NCBI GenBank assembly: GCA_902779035.1
Contig: CACZAH010000003.1
Location: 619-64,618 of the forward strand
Length of the DNA stretch: 64,000 nt
Direction: 5' to 3'
Source of the DNA: an uncultured Erysipelotrichaceae bacterium
GTDB lineage: Bacteria; Bacillota_I; Bacilli_A; RF39; UBA660
A program made the position numbers and the translations under genes. Shown piece by piece: positions 29,306 through 38,028 of the stretch; position 1 is the stretch's first letter, and every line of letters starts with the position of its first letter. The notes under the pieces are model-generated. The model was not told the DNA's origin. It did no database searches and worked only from the letters and a program-made list of their open reading frames with translations.

Positions 29306-31339
29306 ATGAATCTTGTTATAGTCGAATCACCAAGTAAGACAAAACCTATAGAAAAATATTTAGGTAGTGGTTATAAAGTATTATCATCAAAAGGACATGT
29401 TAGAGACTTAGCTACCACTGGCAAATTTGGTTTTGGAGTAGATGTTGACAATAGTTTTAAACCTAACTATGTAATGATGAAGGGTAAAAAGAGTGTGGTT
29501 GATGAACTAAAGAAGGAAGCAAAAAAAGTGGATCATGTATATCTTGCAACAGACCCCGACCGTGAGGGAGAGGCTATTAGTTGGCATTTAAAAGATGTAC
29601 TTAAACTTAATGATAATGATTATGATAGAGTTGTTTTTAATGAAATAACTAAGAATGCGGTAACTGATGCTTTTAATCATACAAGAAAGATTGATAATGA
29701 TTTAGTTAATAGTCAAGAAACTAGAAGGATATTAGATAGAATTATTGGATTTAGATTAAGTAAACTTATACAGTCTAAAACTAGTGGTAGTAGTGCGGGT
29801 AGAGTACAGAGTGTTGCTTTAAAACTAATTGTTGAGCGTGAAAGAGAAATTGAAGCATTTAATCCTGAAGAGTATTATACAGTTAAAGGTATATTTGATG
29901 AATTTGATTCAGAATTATTTAATTATAATCATAAAGATTTTAAGATAAGTAACAAAGAAGAACTTGATAAGGTATTAGGAGAACTTGATAATAGTTTTAA
30001 AGTAGATTCCGTTGAAAAAAAGAAAAAAGCTAAACAATCACGTATGCCATATATTACTAGTACTTTACAGCAAGATGCTAGTAATAAACTAAATTTTAAT
30101 GCTAAAAAGACTATGCAAATTGCGCAAAAACTATATGAGGGAATTGATTTATCTGATGAGACAGTGGGTTTAATTACTTATATGCGTACAGACTCAATTA
30201 GATTATCAGATGAATTTATTAAGTCTACTTATGCTTATATTAGCTCTAATTATGGAGAAGAGTATGTAGGTTATGTAAAAAAGAGTAAGAAAAAAGATAA
30301 TGTACAAGATGCGCATGAGGCAATTAGACCAACTAGTATAAATAGAACTCCTGAATCAGTTAGAAAGTATTTAACTAATGATGAGTTTAAAATATACAGA
30401 ATGATTTATTATAGAGCATTAGCTAGTTTAATGGCTCCAGCTAAAACCTTAAATACTACAATTATTCTTGACAATAATAATTATCAGTTTAAATCTACAG
30501 GTCAGATTATTACTTTTGATGGTTATTTGCGTGTTTATAGTGATTATGAAGATACTAAAGATAATATATTACCTGAGTTAAAAGAAAATAGTGTACTTAA
30601 GGCAAATGATATAGTATCTGAACAACATTTTACTAAACCTCCATCAAGATATACAGAAGCACGTCTTATTAAGGAGATGGAAGAACTTGGTATTGGTAGA
30701 CCTAGTACATATGCTACTACTATGGATATAATAAAGAAACGTGGTTATGTAAATGTAGAAGATAAGAAGTTTATACCAACTAAGATTGGAATTGAGATAA
30801 CAGATAAATTACAAGAACATTTCTCTCACTTAATAAATGTTGAATATACTGCTAATATGGAGAGAGATTTAGATAAGATTGCCGATGGAAGTGAGAATTA
30901 TGTAGATACACTAACTAACTTTTATAATGAATTTGAACCTTGTGTCGAAGAAGCATTTAAGAATATGCCAAAAAAAGTTGCTGAAAAAACTGGTGAGGAT
31001 TGTCCTAATTGTGGATCTCCTTTAGTAATTAGAAATGGCCGCTATGGGGATTTTACTGCTTGTAGTAATTATCCTAAGTGCAAATATATAAAAAATGAGC
31101 CAAAAGAGGAAAGTGTTGCTTGCGTTTGCCCTAATTGTGGTGGGGATATAGTAGAAAAAAGAAGTAAAAGAGGCAAAGTGTTTTATGGGTGCAATAACTA
31201 TCCTAAATGTAAGACAGCTTATTGGGATATGCCAACAGGTGAAAAGTGCCCTGAATGCTCCTCAATGTTAACTAAAAAGATTACTAAGAATAAAACTACA
31301 ATAAAATGTTCTAGTTGTGATTATGTAAAGGCGGATTAG
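29306..31339 (+). CDS. topA: DNA topoisomerase I
   Basis: Toprim start MNLVIVESPSK and DPDREGE. ITYMRTDS active-site Tyr region. Three C-terminal C4 zinc ribbons. Confidence 0.9.
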   Translation: MNLVIVESPSKTKPIEKYLGSGYKVLSSKGHVRDLATTGKFGFGVDVDNSFKPNYVMMKGKKSVVDELKKEAKKVDHVYLATDPDREGEAISWHLKDVLKLNDNDYDRVVFNEITKNAVTDAFNHTRKIDNDLVNSQETRRILDRIIGFRLSKLIQSKTSGSSAGRVQSVALKLIVEREREIEAFNPEEYYTVKGIFDEFDSELFNYNHKDFKISNKEELDKVLGELDNSFKVDSVEKKKKAKQSRMPYITSTLQQDASNKLNFNAKKTMQIAQKLYEGIDLSDETVGLITYMRTDSIRLSDEFIKSTYAYISSNYGEEYVGYVKKSKKKDNVQDAHEAIRPTSINRTPESVRKYLTNDEFKIYRMIYYRALASLMAPAKTLNTTIILDNNNYQFKSTGQIITFDGYLRVYSDYEDTKDNILPELKENSVLKANDIVSEQHFTKPPSRYTEARLIKEMEELGIGRPSTYATTMDIIKKRGYVNVEDKKFIPTKIGIEITDKLQEHFSHLINVEYTANMERDLDKIADGSENYVDTLTNFYNEFEPCVEEAFKNMPKKVAEKTGEDCPNCGSPLVIRNGRYGDFTACSNYPKCKYIKNEPKEESVACVCPNCGGDIVEKRSKRGKVFYGCNNYPKCKTAYWDMPTGEKCPECSSMLTKKITKNKTTIKCSSCDYVKAD

Positions 31340-31432
31340 TCCGTCTTTTTTCACAAAAAACAGTTGTAATTTGTAAAAAAAAATGATACAATGAACTTAT
31401 TAGTAGGGGATAGAAGAATAGGAGGGGTTTTT

Positions 31433-32461
31433 ATGTTTCAGGACATAGAACAACTTTTTGACGAAATTAACGCCAAAAGTAATAATTTTGATAATTTAAA
31501 AAATATTAAGAATGATGACAATAGTGATGATGATACTAGTAGTGGGTCTTATTTTAATTCTTTAAAGAATATTTCTAATGATAAAAAGAAAGATAAAGAA
31601 TCAATGGATGATTTATTTGATTCTTTATCTATTGATGTTAGTGGAGCAACTAGTTTTATAAATAACGTAATGGATGCTAAAGAAGAACTAAATAAAGAAA
31701 AGAAATTATTTGAAGAAGAAAAGATTAAGTTTGAAAAAGAAAAATTAGATTTTAAAAAACTTGTAGATTTACAAACTTCTAAGTTAGAGCAAGAAAAAAA
31801 GGCTTTTGATGAATATATGGAAAGTGAAAAATCTAAACTAAAGATTATGGAAGAGGAATCTAATATGCAAATTCAAAATAATCGTGTTGAATTAGATTCA
31901 ATTAAGTTAGAAATAGAGTTAGATAGAAAGAAACTTGATAATGATAAAGAAGATTTTGAAAATCATAAAAAGTTAGAACAAGAAATAATTGATAATAAGT
32001 ATCTTAAGTTAGATGAAGACCAGAAAAACTTTGAGGATTATCAAAAAGTAGTTAATGATGCTTTAGAAAAAGATAGAGCTAATATGGATATAGAAAAAGC
32101 TAATATGAAAAAAGAACAAGAACTCGAAAAAGAGAAAGTTCAAAATGAATTAAGTGCTAAAAGACAAGAAATAGAAAAATTAACTATTAAAAATCAAATG
32201 TATGAAAAAACTCTAGGTCAAGAATCTATTGAATTAGATCGCAAGAAGGAACAGTTAGATAAAGAAATAAAGAATGCTAGAAGTAAAATTGAACGTGAAC
32301 AAGAACTAATTAAGGTTGAACGTGAACAGTTTGAAAAGTATAAAGAGAATAAAGAGAAAAAAATTGAACTTGCTAATAAGGAGTTAGAACAGAAATGTGA
32401 TAAATTTAAAGATGTTATTAGAGAGTTTAATACACGTTTTAGAAAGATGAAGGAAGATTAA
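31433..32461 (+). CDS. K/E-rich coiled-coil protein, unknown function
   Basis: Acidic N-terminus, then about 250 aa of heptad-like K/E/L repeats. SD AGGAGG before the ATG at 31433. Confidence 0.45.
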   Translation: MFQDIEQLFDEINAKSNNFDNLKNIKNDDNSDDDTSSGSYFNSLKNISNDKKKDKESMDDLFDSLSIDVSGATSFINNVMDAKEELNKEKKLFEEEKIKFEKEKLDFKKLVDLQTSKLEQEKKAFDEYMESEKSKLKIMEEESNMQIQNNRVELDSIKLEIELDRKKLDNDKEDFENHKKLEQEIIDNKYLKLDEDQKNFEDYQKVVNDALEKDRANMDIEKANMKKEQELEKEKVQNELSAKRQEIEKLTIKNQMYEKTLGQESIELDRKKEQLDKEIKNARSKIEREQELIKVEREQFEKYKENKEKKIELANKELEQKCDKFKDVIREFNTRFRKMKED

Positions 32462-32476
32462 GATTGGGGTGCGAAT

Positions 32477-33724
32477 ATGAATAATGAAGAGATAAATTTA
32501 GATTTTCTTGATAATATTAAGATTGATGATGAAATAGATAATGATATTGAAATAGAAGAACCTAAGGATAGTATTGATTTTGATATTGATAAAGAAGAGG
32601 AAGAAGAGTTAGATTTTGATCTTAATGAGCTTATTAGTAAGATAGATGCTAAAATGGATGAACTAAATAATGATGATACTAAAGATGAAAAGACTTGTTC
32701 TAATAATGATGTTCCAAAAAAAATAAAAATAGAAGATTCTAGTGATATTGTAGCTGATGTTAAAAATGATAGTGATAGTTATGATGTTAATGAGCTAATT
32801 AGCAAGATAGATGCTAAGTTAGAGGAATTAAATAAAGAAGAAGCTAGTGACACTGATGATTTAGAAAATAAAAAAGATAATTTAGAAGAATCAGATGTAC
32901 CAAATGAAACTGAAGAAAATACTAGTTTTAATGTAAATGATTTAATAAGTAAAATTGATGCTAAACTTGAAGAATTGAACAATCAAAGTGAAGAATCTAA
33001 TGAACAACCTATTAGTATAGATGAAGAAAAAATAGAAGACGAAAGTGTTCAAGAAATATCTGATGTAATAGATGAGAAAAATGATATTTCAAGTGAAATT
33101 GGTGATAATGAGTATTTAGACACTATAGATATTATAGAGAAAAATGAAACTAAAGATGATAAAAAGGATAATCTTGCCTCAAATATTAATAGCCTATTTG
33201 AAAAAGTTAATTCTAATGTAAAAGAAGCATCAGATATATTTACTAAAAATGTTGAAATGAAGAAAAAACTTGATAAGAGATTTGAAGAATTAAAAGAATT
33301 ACAACGAGATATAGAAAAATCTAAACAATCTGATTATGAAGAGATTAATAAATATAAAGATGCAGTATTAGAAGAGTTAACATCTAAAAAGTCTGAAGTT
33401 GAAACTAAACTTAATGAACTTAAAGATATGCAAGCTAAATTTGAACGAGAAAAAACTGAGTTTGAGAGTTATAAAAAATTAGAAAAAACTAGATTAGAAG
33501 ATTTAGCTCGCGAGAATAAAGTTAAGGATGATAGTAGAAAAGAAGAATTAGAACTCCTTGAAGATAAATTAAGAAAACAAAAAGATTCTCTAGATGAAGA
33601 AAAAAGACAGCTTAGTCTAGATAGAATTGAGTATGAAGCTGATAAGAATGAACTTGCTAATAACATGCTTAAATTTAATGAAATAGTGGGTACATTTACT
33701 GATGGTGTAGGTAACTTAAATTAA
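32477..33724 (+). CDS. acidic repeat plus coiled-coil protein, unknown function
   Basis: Three copies of the [LV]N[ED]LISKIDAK[ML][DE]ELN motif at residues 49-66, 104-121 and 152-169. The C-terminal coiled coil resembles the upstream gene product. Confidence 0.45.
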   Translation: MNNEEINLDFLDNIKIDDEIDNDIEIEEPKDSIDFDIDKEEEEELDFDLNELISKIDAKMDELNNDDTKDEKTCSNNDVPKKIKIEDSSDIVADVKNDSDSYDVNELISKIDAKLEELNKEEASDTDDLENKKDNLEESDVPNETEENTSFNVNDLISKIDAKLEELNNQSEESNEQPISIDEEKIEDESVQEISDVIDEKNDISSEIGDNEYLDTIDIIEKNETKDDKKDNLASNINSLFEKVNSNVKEASDIFTKNVEMKKKLDKRFEELKELQRDIEKSKQSDYEEINKYKDAVLEELTSKKSEVETKLNELKDMQAKFEREKTEFESYKKLEKTRLEDLARENKVKDDSRKEELELLEDKLRKQKDSLDEEKRQLSLDRIEYEADKNELANNMLKFNEIVGTFTDGVGNLN

Positions 33725-33769
33725 TTTTATAGCAATTGTAATAAATTTATTAAAAAATGTTAAAATTTG

Positions 33770-33798
33770 TTGCAATTGCTTTTTATATATGATAATAT
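33770..33798 (+). promoter_or_regulatory. sigma-A type promoter of hup
   Basis: TTGCAA-17 nt-TAATAT with an extended -10 TG. Confidence 0.5.
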
Positions 33799-33842
33799 TA
33801 AATTGTAAGCAAGATAGCTTACTTAGATAGGGAGGTATTTAA

Positions 33843-34115
33843 ATGACTAAAACAGATTTAGTAAATTATGTTGCAGAAGAAGCTGGACTTTCTAAAGCAG
33901 ATGCTACTCGTGCAATTGATGCATTTATGAGTGGAGTTACAAAAGGATTAAAAGAAGATAAGAAAGTTACTTTAACTGGTTTCTGTACATTTACTGCTAA
34001 ATATAAACCTGCTACAACTGGTCGTAATCCAAGAACTGGTGAACCTGTTACAATCGCAGCTCGTAATGCAGTTACTGTAAAAATCGGTTCTAAATTAAAA
34101 GACGCTTTAAACTAA
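33843..34115 (+). CDS. hup: HU family DNA-binding protein
   Basis: MTKTDLV...GF..F......R.GRNPRTGE..I.A beta-arm signature. 90 aa. Confidence 0.9.
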   Translation: MTKTDLVNYVAEEAGLSKADATRAIDAFMSGVTKGLKEDKKVTLTGFCTFTAKYKPATTGRNPRTGEPVTIAARNAVTVKIGSKLKDALN

Positions 34116-34139
34116 ACTTTAGATAATTCTAAAGTTTTT
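34116..34139 (+). terminator. intrinsic terminator after hup
   Basis: 8-bp stem ACTTTAGA/TCTAAAGT, 4-nt loop, T5. Confidence 0.65.
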
Positions 34140-34210
34140 GTTTATAAAAATTTAGTGAAAATACTTGCTAGAATTAATAATTTCTGTTACATTTGTATTG
34201 AGGTGGAAAA

Positions 34211-35284
34211 TTGAAAAATATTAATAATGTTTTAAAAGTATTTAAAAGCCATGGATATGAAGCATATTTTGTTGGAGGATATCCTAGAGATTTATACTTA
34301 GGGGTTGATACAATTGATTATGATATTACAACTAATGCAACACCCAAAGAGATGATGGAATTATTTGATATAAAGAGTGAATCTTATGGATGTGTTAAAT
34401 TTACATATGAAAAAAATAGATTTGAGGCAACTACTTTTAGACGTGATATTAAGTATGCTGATAACAGAAAACCTGTTGAAATTGAATATGTAGAAGATTT
34501 AAAGACTGACTTAGAAAGAAGAGATTTTACTATTAATACACTATGTATTGACGTTGATGGTAATATAATAGATTTATTAAATGGTAAGAAAGATATTGAT
34601 GATAAAATAATTAGAGTAGTAGGTAATACTAATAAAAAACTAAGTGATGATGCACTTCGTATACTTCGTGCAGTTAGATTCGCAACTACTTTAAATTTTA
34701 AATTAGATTCCAAATTAGAAGAAGGTATTAAGAAATATGGCCATCTTGTTAAAGATTTATCATATGATAGAAAGAAAAGCGAGCTAGATAAGATATTTGC
34801 ATCACCTAACTTTGATTATGGTATTAAATTAATACAAGAATTAGGATTAGAAGTACCACTTGAGATTAATACATATAATTTAAAACAAACTACCTATTTA
34901 GTAGGAGTTTGGGCACAGATTAATACAGATAAATATAAATTTAACAAGTCAGAGATAGATACTATAAAAAAGGTAAGACAAATAATAAAATTAGATGAAA
35001 TAGATATACTTACTATATATAAATACGGACTATATCCAGTTAGTATTGCAGCTGAGATTATGGATGTTGATAAGAGTAATATTAACGATATATATAAGAG
35101 CTTAGTAATAAAATCAAGGACTGATATAGATATTACACCAATTGAGATATGTAATTTATTAAATATAGAACCAAGTGGTTTAATTAATGATATTCTAACT
35201 GATTTAGAGGAGAAAATAATTTATAAAAGATTAGAAAATAAGAAAGATATAATCGTAAAATATTTATTAGAAACATACCTTTAA
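34211..35284 (+). CDS. cca: CCA-adding enzyme / tRNA nucleotidyltransferase (short form)
   Basis: FVGGYPRDLYLG, DYDITT, RRDFTINT motifs. TTG start after SD GAGGTGG. Confidence 0.75.
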   Translation: MKNINNVLKVFKSHGYEAYFVGGYPRDLYLGVDTIDYDITTNATPKEMMELFDIKSESYGCVKFTYEKNRFEATTFRRDIKYADNRKPVEIEYVEDLKTDLERRDFTINTLCIDVDGNIIDLLNGKKDIDDKIIRVVGNTNKKLSDDALRILRAVRFATTLNFKLDSKLEEGIKKYGHLVKDLSYDRKKSELDKIFASPNFDYGIKLIQELGLEVPLEINTYNLKQTTYLVGVWAQINTDKYKFNKSEIDTIKKVRQIIKLDEIDILTIYKYGLYPVSIAAEIMDVDKSNINDIYKSLVIKSRTDIDITPIEICNLLNIEPSGLINDILTDLEEKIIYKRLENKKDIIVKYLLETYL

Positions 35285-35299
35285 TTAGGGTGTTTTTTT

Positions 35300-35902
35300 A
35301 TGAAAAAATTAATTGCAATCATAATATTATGTTTTATAAATATAATTATATTTTATAATAAAGGCAAAGAGGTATCTATAGAGAAAATTGATATTAATCT
35401 TGAGTTTAATGAACTAGGTATTACATTCTTAGACTTAAATGATTCAAATACATTACTTATTAGTTTAAATAATACTAATCTATTATATATAATAGATTAT
35501 AAAGATTCTACTAACTTAAAAAAAGAATTAAATCGACTTGGTAAAAGCATAGATTTTATTGTAATGACTAAAGAGTATGATATAGATATTCCTGCCCCTA
35601 AAAAAATTATTAATAAAAGACTTAATATAAATAATATAGTATTTTTATCAGATACTTATAACTCTATTAGTTATAATAATAATTCATTATGTATTAATAG
35701 TTCTAACTGTGATTTTGTTTATTATACAAATTCTAATATTAAGGTTAATAATAATAAAGTATTATTTATAAGTAGGAATATTAAAATGAATGATAAATTA
35801 TATGAAGAGTGGGTAGATATATATAAACTTAATAATAGTGTTTATACTGTACTTAAGATTAATGATACATATGAAGTATTAGAGATAATAAAAAACATAT
35901 AA
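35300..35902 (+). CDS. membrane-anchored hypothetical protein
   Basis: N-terminal TM/signal. N-rich. No motif recognised. Confidence 0.4.
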   Translation: MKKLIAIIILCFINIIIFYNKGKEVSIEKIDINLEFNELGITFLDLNDSNTLLISLNNTNLLYIIDYKDSTNLKKELNRLGKSIDFIVMTKEYDIDIPAPKKIINKRLNINNIVFLSDTYNSISYNNNSLCINSSNCDFVYYTNSNIKVNNNKVLFISRNIKMNDKLYEEWVDIYKLNNSVYTVLKINDTYEVLEIIKNI

Positions 35903-35903
35903 G

Positions 35904-36338
35904 TTATATGTTTAGTAAGTATACAGATAAACTTAAAATAGTCGCAAATACATTCCAGATAATGTAAGGAATAAACCATTTAGACTTAGTCTCATTATAT
36001 AAGAATAAAGAACTAATAAGCACAACTAGAGTATCAATAAATGCTATAAATGGACTTTTAATTACAAAGAATAAGAATGTATATATTTGATTAGAAAAGT
36101 AGTTAATAATTAAACTTTTATAATACTCTATATTTTTATTTTTATTATTATATAGTCCTATTGCAATTAATATATAAAGAATAGTCCATACTATAGGAAA
36201 TATAATACCAGGTGGCGCGAAGAAAGGCTTATTAATTGAATCATAGAATGATGTATCTACTCTAAATATGATGCTAGATATAAACCATGGTAATAGATAC
36301 ATTAAAAATCTAACTACGTTTTTAAATATGTTTTTCAT
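35904..36338 (-). CDS. tspO: TspO/MBR family membrane protein
   Basis: Five TM helices. FFAPPGIIFPIVWTILY motif. Confidence 0.7.
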   Translation of the reverse strand: MKNIFKNVVRFLMYLLPWFISSIIFRVDTSFYDSINKPFFAPPGIIFPIVWTILYILIAIGLYNNKNKNIEYYKSLIINYFSNQIYTFLFFVIKSPFIAFIDTLVVLISSLFLYNETKSKWFIPYIIWNVFATILSLSVYLLNI

Positions 36339-36405
36339 GTTTCCTCCCTTTACATATTTTATGAAATGTATTAAAATAATATTACCAGGGAAAAGCAGGT
36401 GGAAT

Positions 36406-37572
36406 ATGAATATAACACTAAATAAAAATGATGAGATAGTTATGAAATTACTACACTATTTTATAATAGAACAAAATTATAATCCTGTAATACTGCATGG
36501 AGCAAAAGATGAAATATGGTTAGAAAAGTCTGATGGAGATTATAAAATTATTAGAATAGTTAGTAATTATATTCATAATAATGAACAATTAGGATTTGAT
36601 ATATATAAGACTAAACAAATAATTAAGAAAATAAGAAAGAAAATGTTTTTATTTAAAGTACCATCACTTTCTATATTTGTAAATCTAGGAGATAGTGTTG
36701 ATATTAAAAGTATTAAAGATAATAATATTACTTTAGCAGAACTTACAGAATTTGAAGATATAAAGAAATATGATAGTATTATTAATACATTTCCTAATAT
36801 ATTAGAAGTAGAAAATAATACAAAAGATGGTATAGAATTATTTCTAAAACTTACTAATGAAATAAATATGAAAAACCAAGTAGAAAATAAAAAGGCAGAA
36901 GAAATATTTTCTAAAAAAAGACCAGTTATTACATATGCATTAATAATAATAAACTTGATAATGTTTATAATAACCGTACTTGATTCTAATGATTTCTTTA
37001 ATATAAGTACTAATACAATTTATAAGTATGGTGGACTTGTTAGTGTAGATTATTTAAGTAATTTATCAGACTATGCAAGAATAATTACAAGTGGATTCTT
37101 GCATGCTGGTTTTATTCACTTTATATTTAATATGTATGCCTTATACGTAATAGGACCACAAATAGAAAGTTTCTTTGGTAAATTTAAATATGCAATTATA
37201 TATATCGGTAGTTTAATATTTGGTAATTTACTATCATTATTATTTTTAAATGGTAATGTAATAAGTTGTGGTGCATCAGGAGCGATATTTGGACTTCTTG
37301 GTTCATTATTATACTTTGGATATCATTATAGAGTTTATTTATCAGATGTTATTAGATCACAGATAATCCCTTTGATTGCTATAAACTTGCTTATTGGAAT
37401 AATGTTATCAGGAATAAATGTAATTGCTCATATTGGTGGCTTAATTGGTGGATACTTAGTATCAAAAGCGGTAGGAGTTAAATATAAAAGTACTAAGGTT
37501 GACCAAGTTAATGGAATAATAATGAGTTTAGTATTTGCTGGATTTTTAGTATATATGATATTCTTTAGATGA
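36406..37572 (+). CDS. rhomboid family intramembrane serine protease with cytoplasmic N-domain
   Basis: HAGFIHFIFNM, catalytic GASGAIFGLLG, AHIGGLIGG. SD AGGTGG before the ATG at 36406; the track start at 36268 overlaps tspO. Confidence 0.8.
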   Translation: MNITLNKNDEIVMKLLHYFIIEQNYNPVILHGAKDEIWLEKSDGDYKIIRIVSNYIHNNEQLGFDIYKTKQIIKKIRKKMFLFKVPSLSIFVNLGDSVDIKSIKDNNITLAELTEFEDIKKYDSIINTFPNILEVENNTKDGIELFLKLTNEINMKNQVENKKAEEIFSKKRPVITYALIIINLIMFIITVLDSNDFFNISTNTIYKYGGLVSVDYLSNLSDYARIITSGFLHAGFIHFIFNMYALYVIGPQIESFFGKFKYAIIYIGSLIFGNLLSLLFLNGNVISCGASGAIFGLLGSLLYFGYHYRVYLSDVIRSQIIPLIAINLLIGIMLSGINVIAHIGGLIGGYLVSKAVGVKYKSTKVDQVNGIIMSLVFAGFLVYMIFFR

Positions 37573-37577
37573 TTCAT

Positions 37578-37606
37578 TTGCACAAATCAAAATTATATGA
37601 TATTAT
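37578..37606 (+). promoter_or_regulatory. predicted promoter of a small plus-strand RNA
   Basis: TTGCAC-17 nt-TATTAT with an extended -10 TG. Lies 6 nt after the rhomboid stop, with no ORF downstream. Confidence 0.4.
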
Positions 37607-37612
37607 GTATAT

Positions 37613-37727
37613 AGAGAAGGAATTCTCATATAATAAAAAAAGGATACGTTTGAAGTGGTGATCAGACGTTTCCCTTACTGGTAATACATCTGAAACCGCT
37701 TATTAAAGTTTCAGATGCTTTATTATC
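37613..37727 (+). ncRNA. candidate antisense sRNA (putative type I antitoxin), about 110 nt
   Basis: Runs from the predicted promoter to the shared hairpin 37687..37717 plus a CTTTATTAT tail. Internal stem ACGTTTGA/TCAGACGT. No SD or ORF. Confidence 0.3.
37687..37717. terminator. bidirectional hairpin shared by convergent transcripts
   Basis: Perfect 10-bp stem CATCTGAAAC/GTTTCAGATG with an 11-nt loop. Lies 5 nt beyond the stop of the minus-strand mini-ORF. Confidence 0.5.
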
Positions 37728-37791
37728 TCAATATGAGTAATATTTCGATAATTAAATGAACTAGGACAATTAAGAAAACTCTTTTAGTCAT
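37723..37791 (-). CDS. 22-aa hydrophobic peptide, candidate type I toxin
   Basis: MTKRVFLIVLVHLIIEILLILR. Strong SD AGGAGGTG 8 nt upstream. Own consensus promoter. Below the track cutoff. Confidence 0.4.
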   Translation of the reverse strand: MTKRVFLIVLVHLIIEILLILR

Positions 37792-37892
37792 AGTCTTATC
37801 ACCTCCTACAACACCAAAACCCGCCTTAATTTTAATAAGCAAATTTTTGTTGCAAGAGATAACATCTGAAATTCAAACATATCCGAATAAAT

Positions 37893-37920
37893 ATTATAGC
37901 ACGTATAAAACATGTGTCAA
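37893..37920 (-). promoter_or_regulatory. consensus sigma-A promoter driving the mini-ORF mRNA
   Basis: Minus strand reads TTGACA-16 nt-TATAAT, giving a 5' UTR of about 95 nt. Confidence 0.55.
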
Positions 37921-37970
37921 TAATAATTAGGTAAGATAATCATATGCAATAATCTGTTAACCAAAAATGG

Positions 37971-37999
37971 TTGACAGATTGATTTTTTTGTGCTATAAT
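37971..37999 (+). promoter_or_regulatory. consensus promoter of rpsP
   Basis: TTGACA-17 nt-TATAAT with an extended -10 TG. The -35 lies in the 3' arm of a hairpin (37951..37980) that is followed by T7. Confidence 0.6.
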
Positions 38000-38028
38000 A
38001 TAGCTGTATTTGAAAAAGGAGGTGCATT

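Noticed and set aside
32621-32983. Tandem repeats that might be mistaken for a CRISPR or satellite array
   Set aside because: The repeats are imperfect, in frame and spaced about 150 nt apart inside a continuous ORF. They encode a repeated peptide motif, and no repeat-spacer regularity is present.
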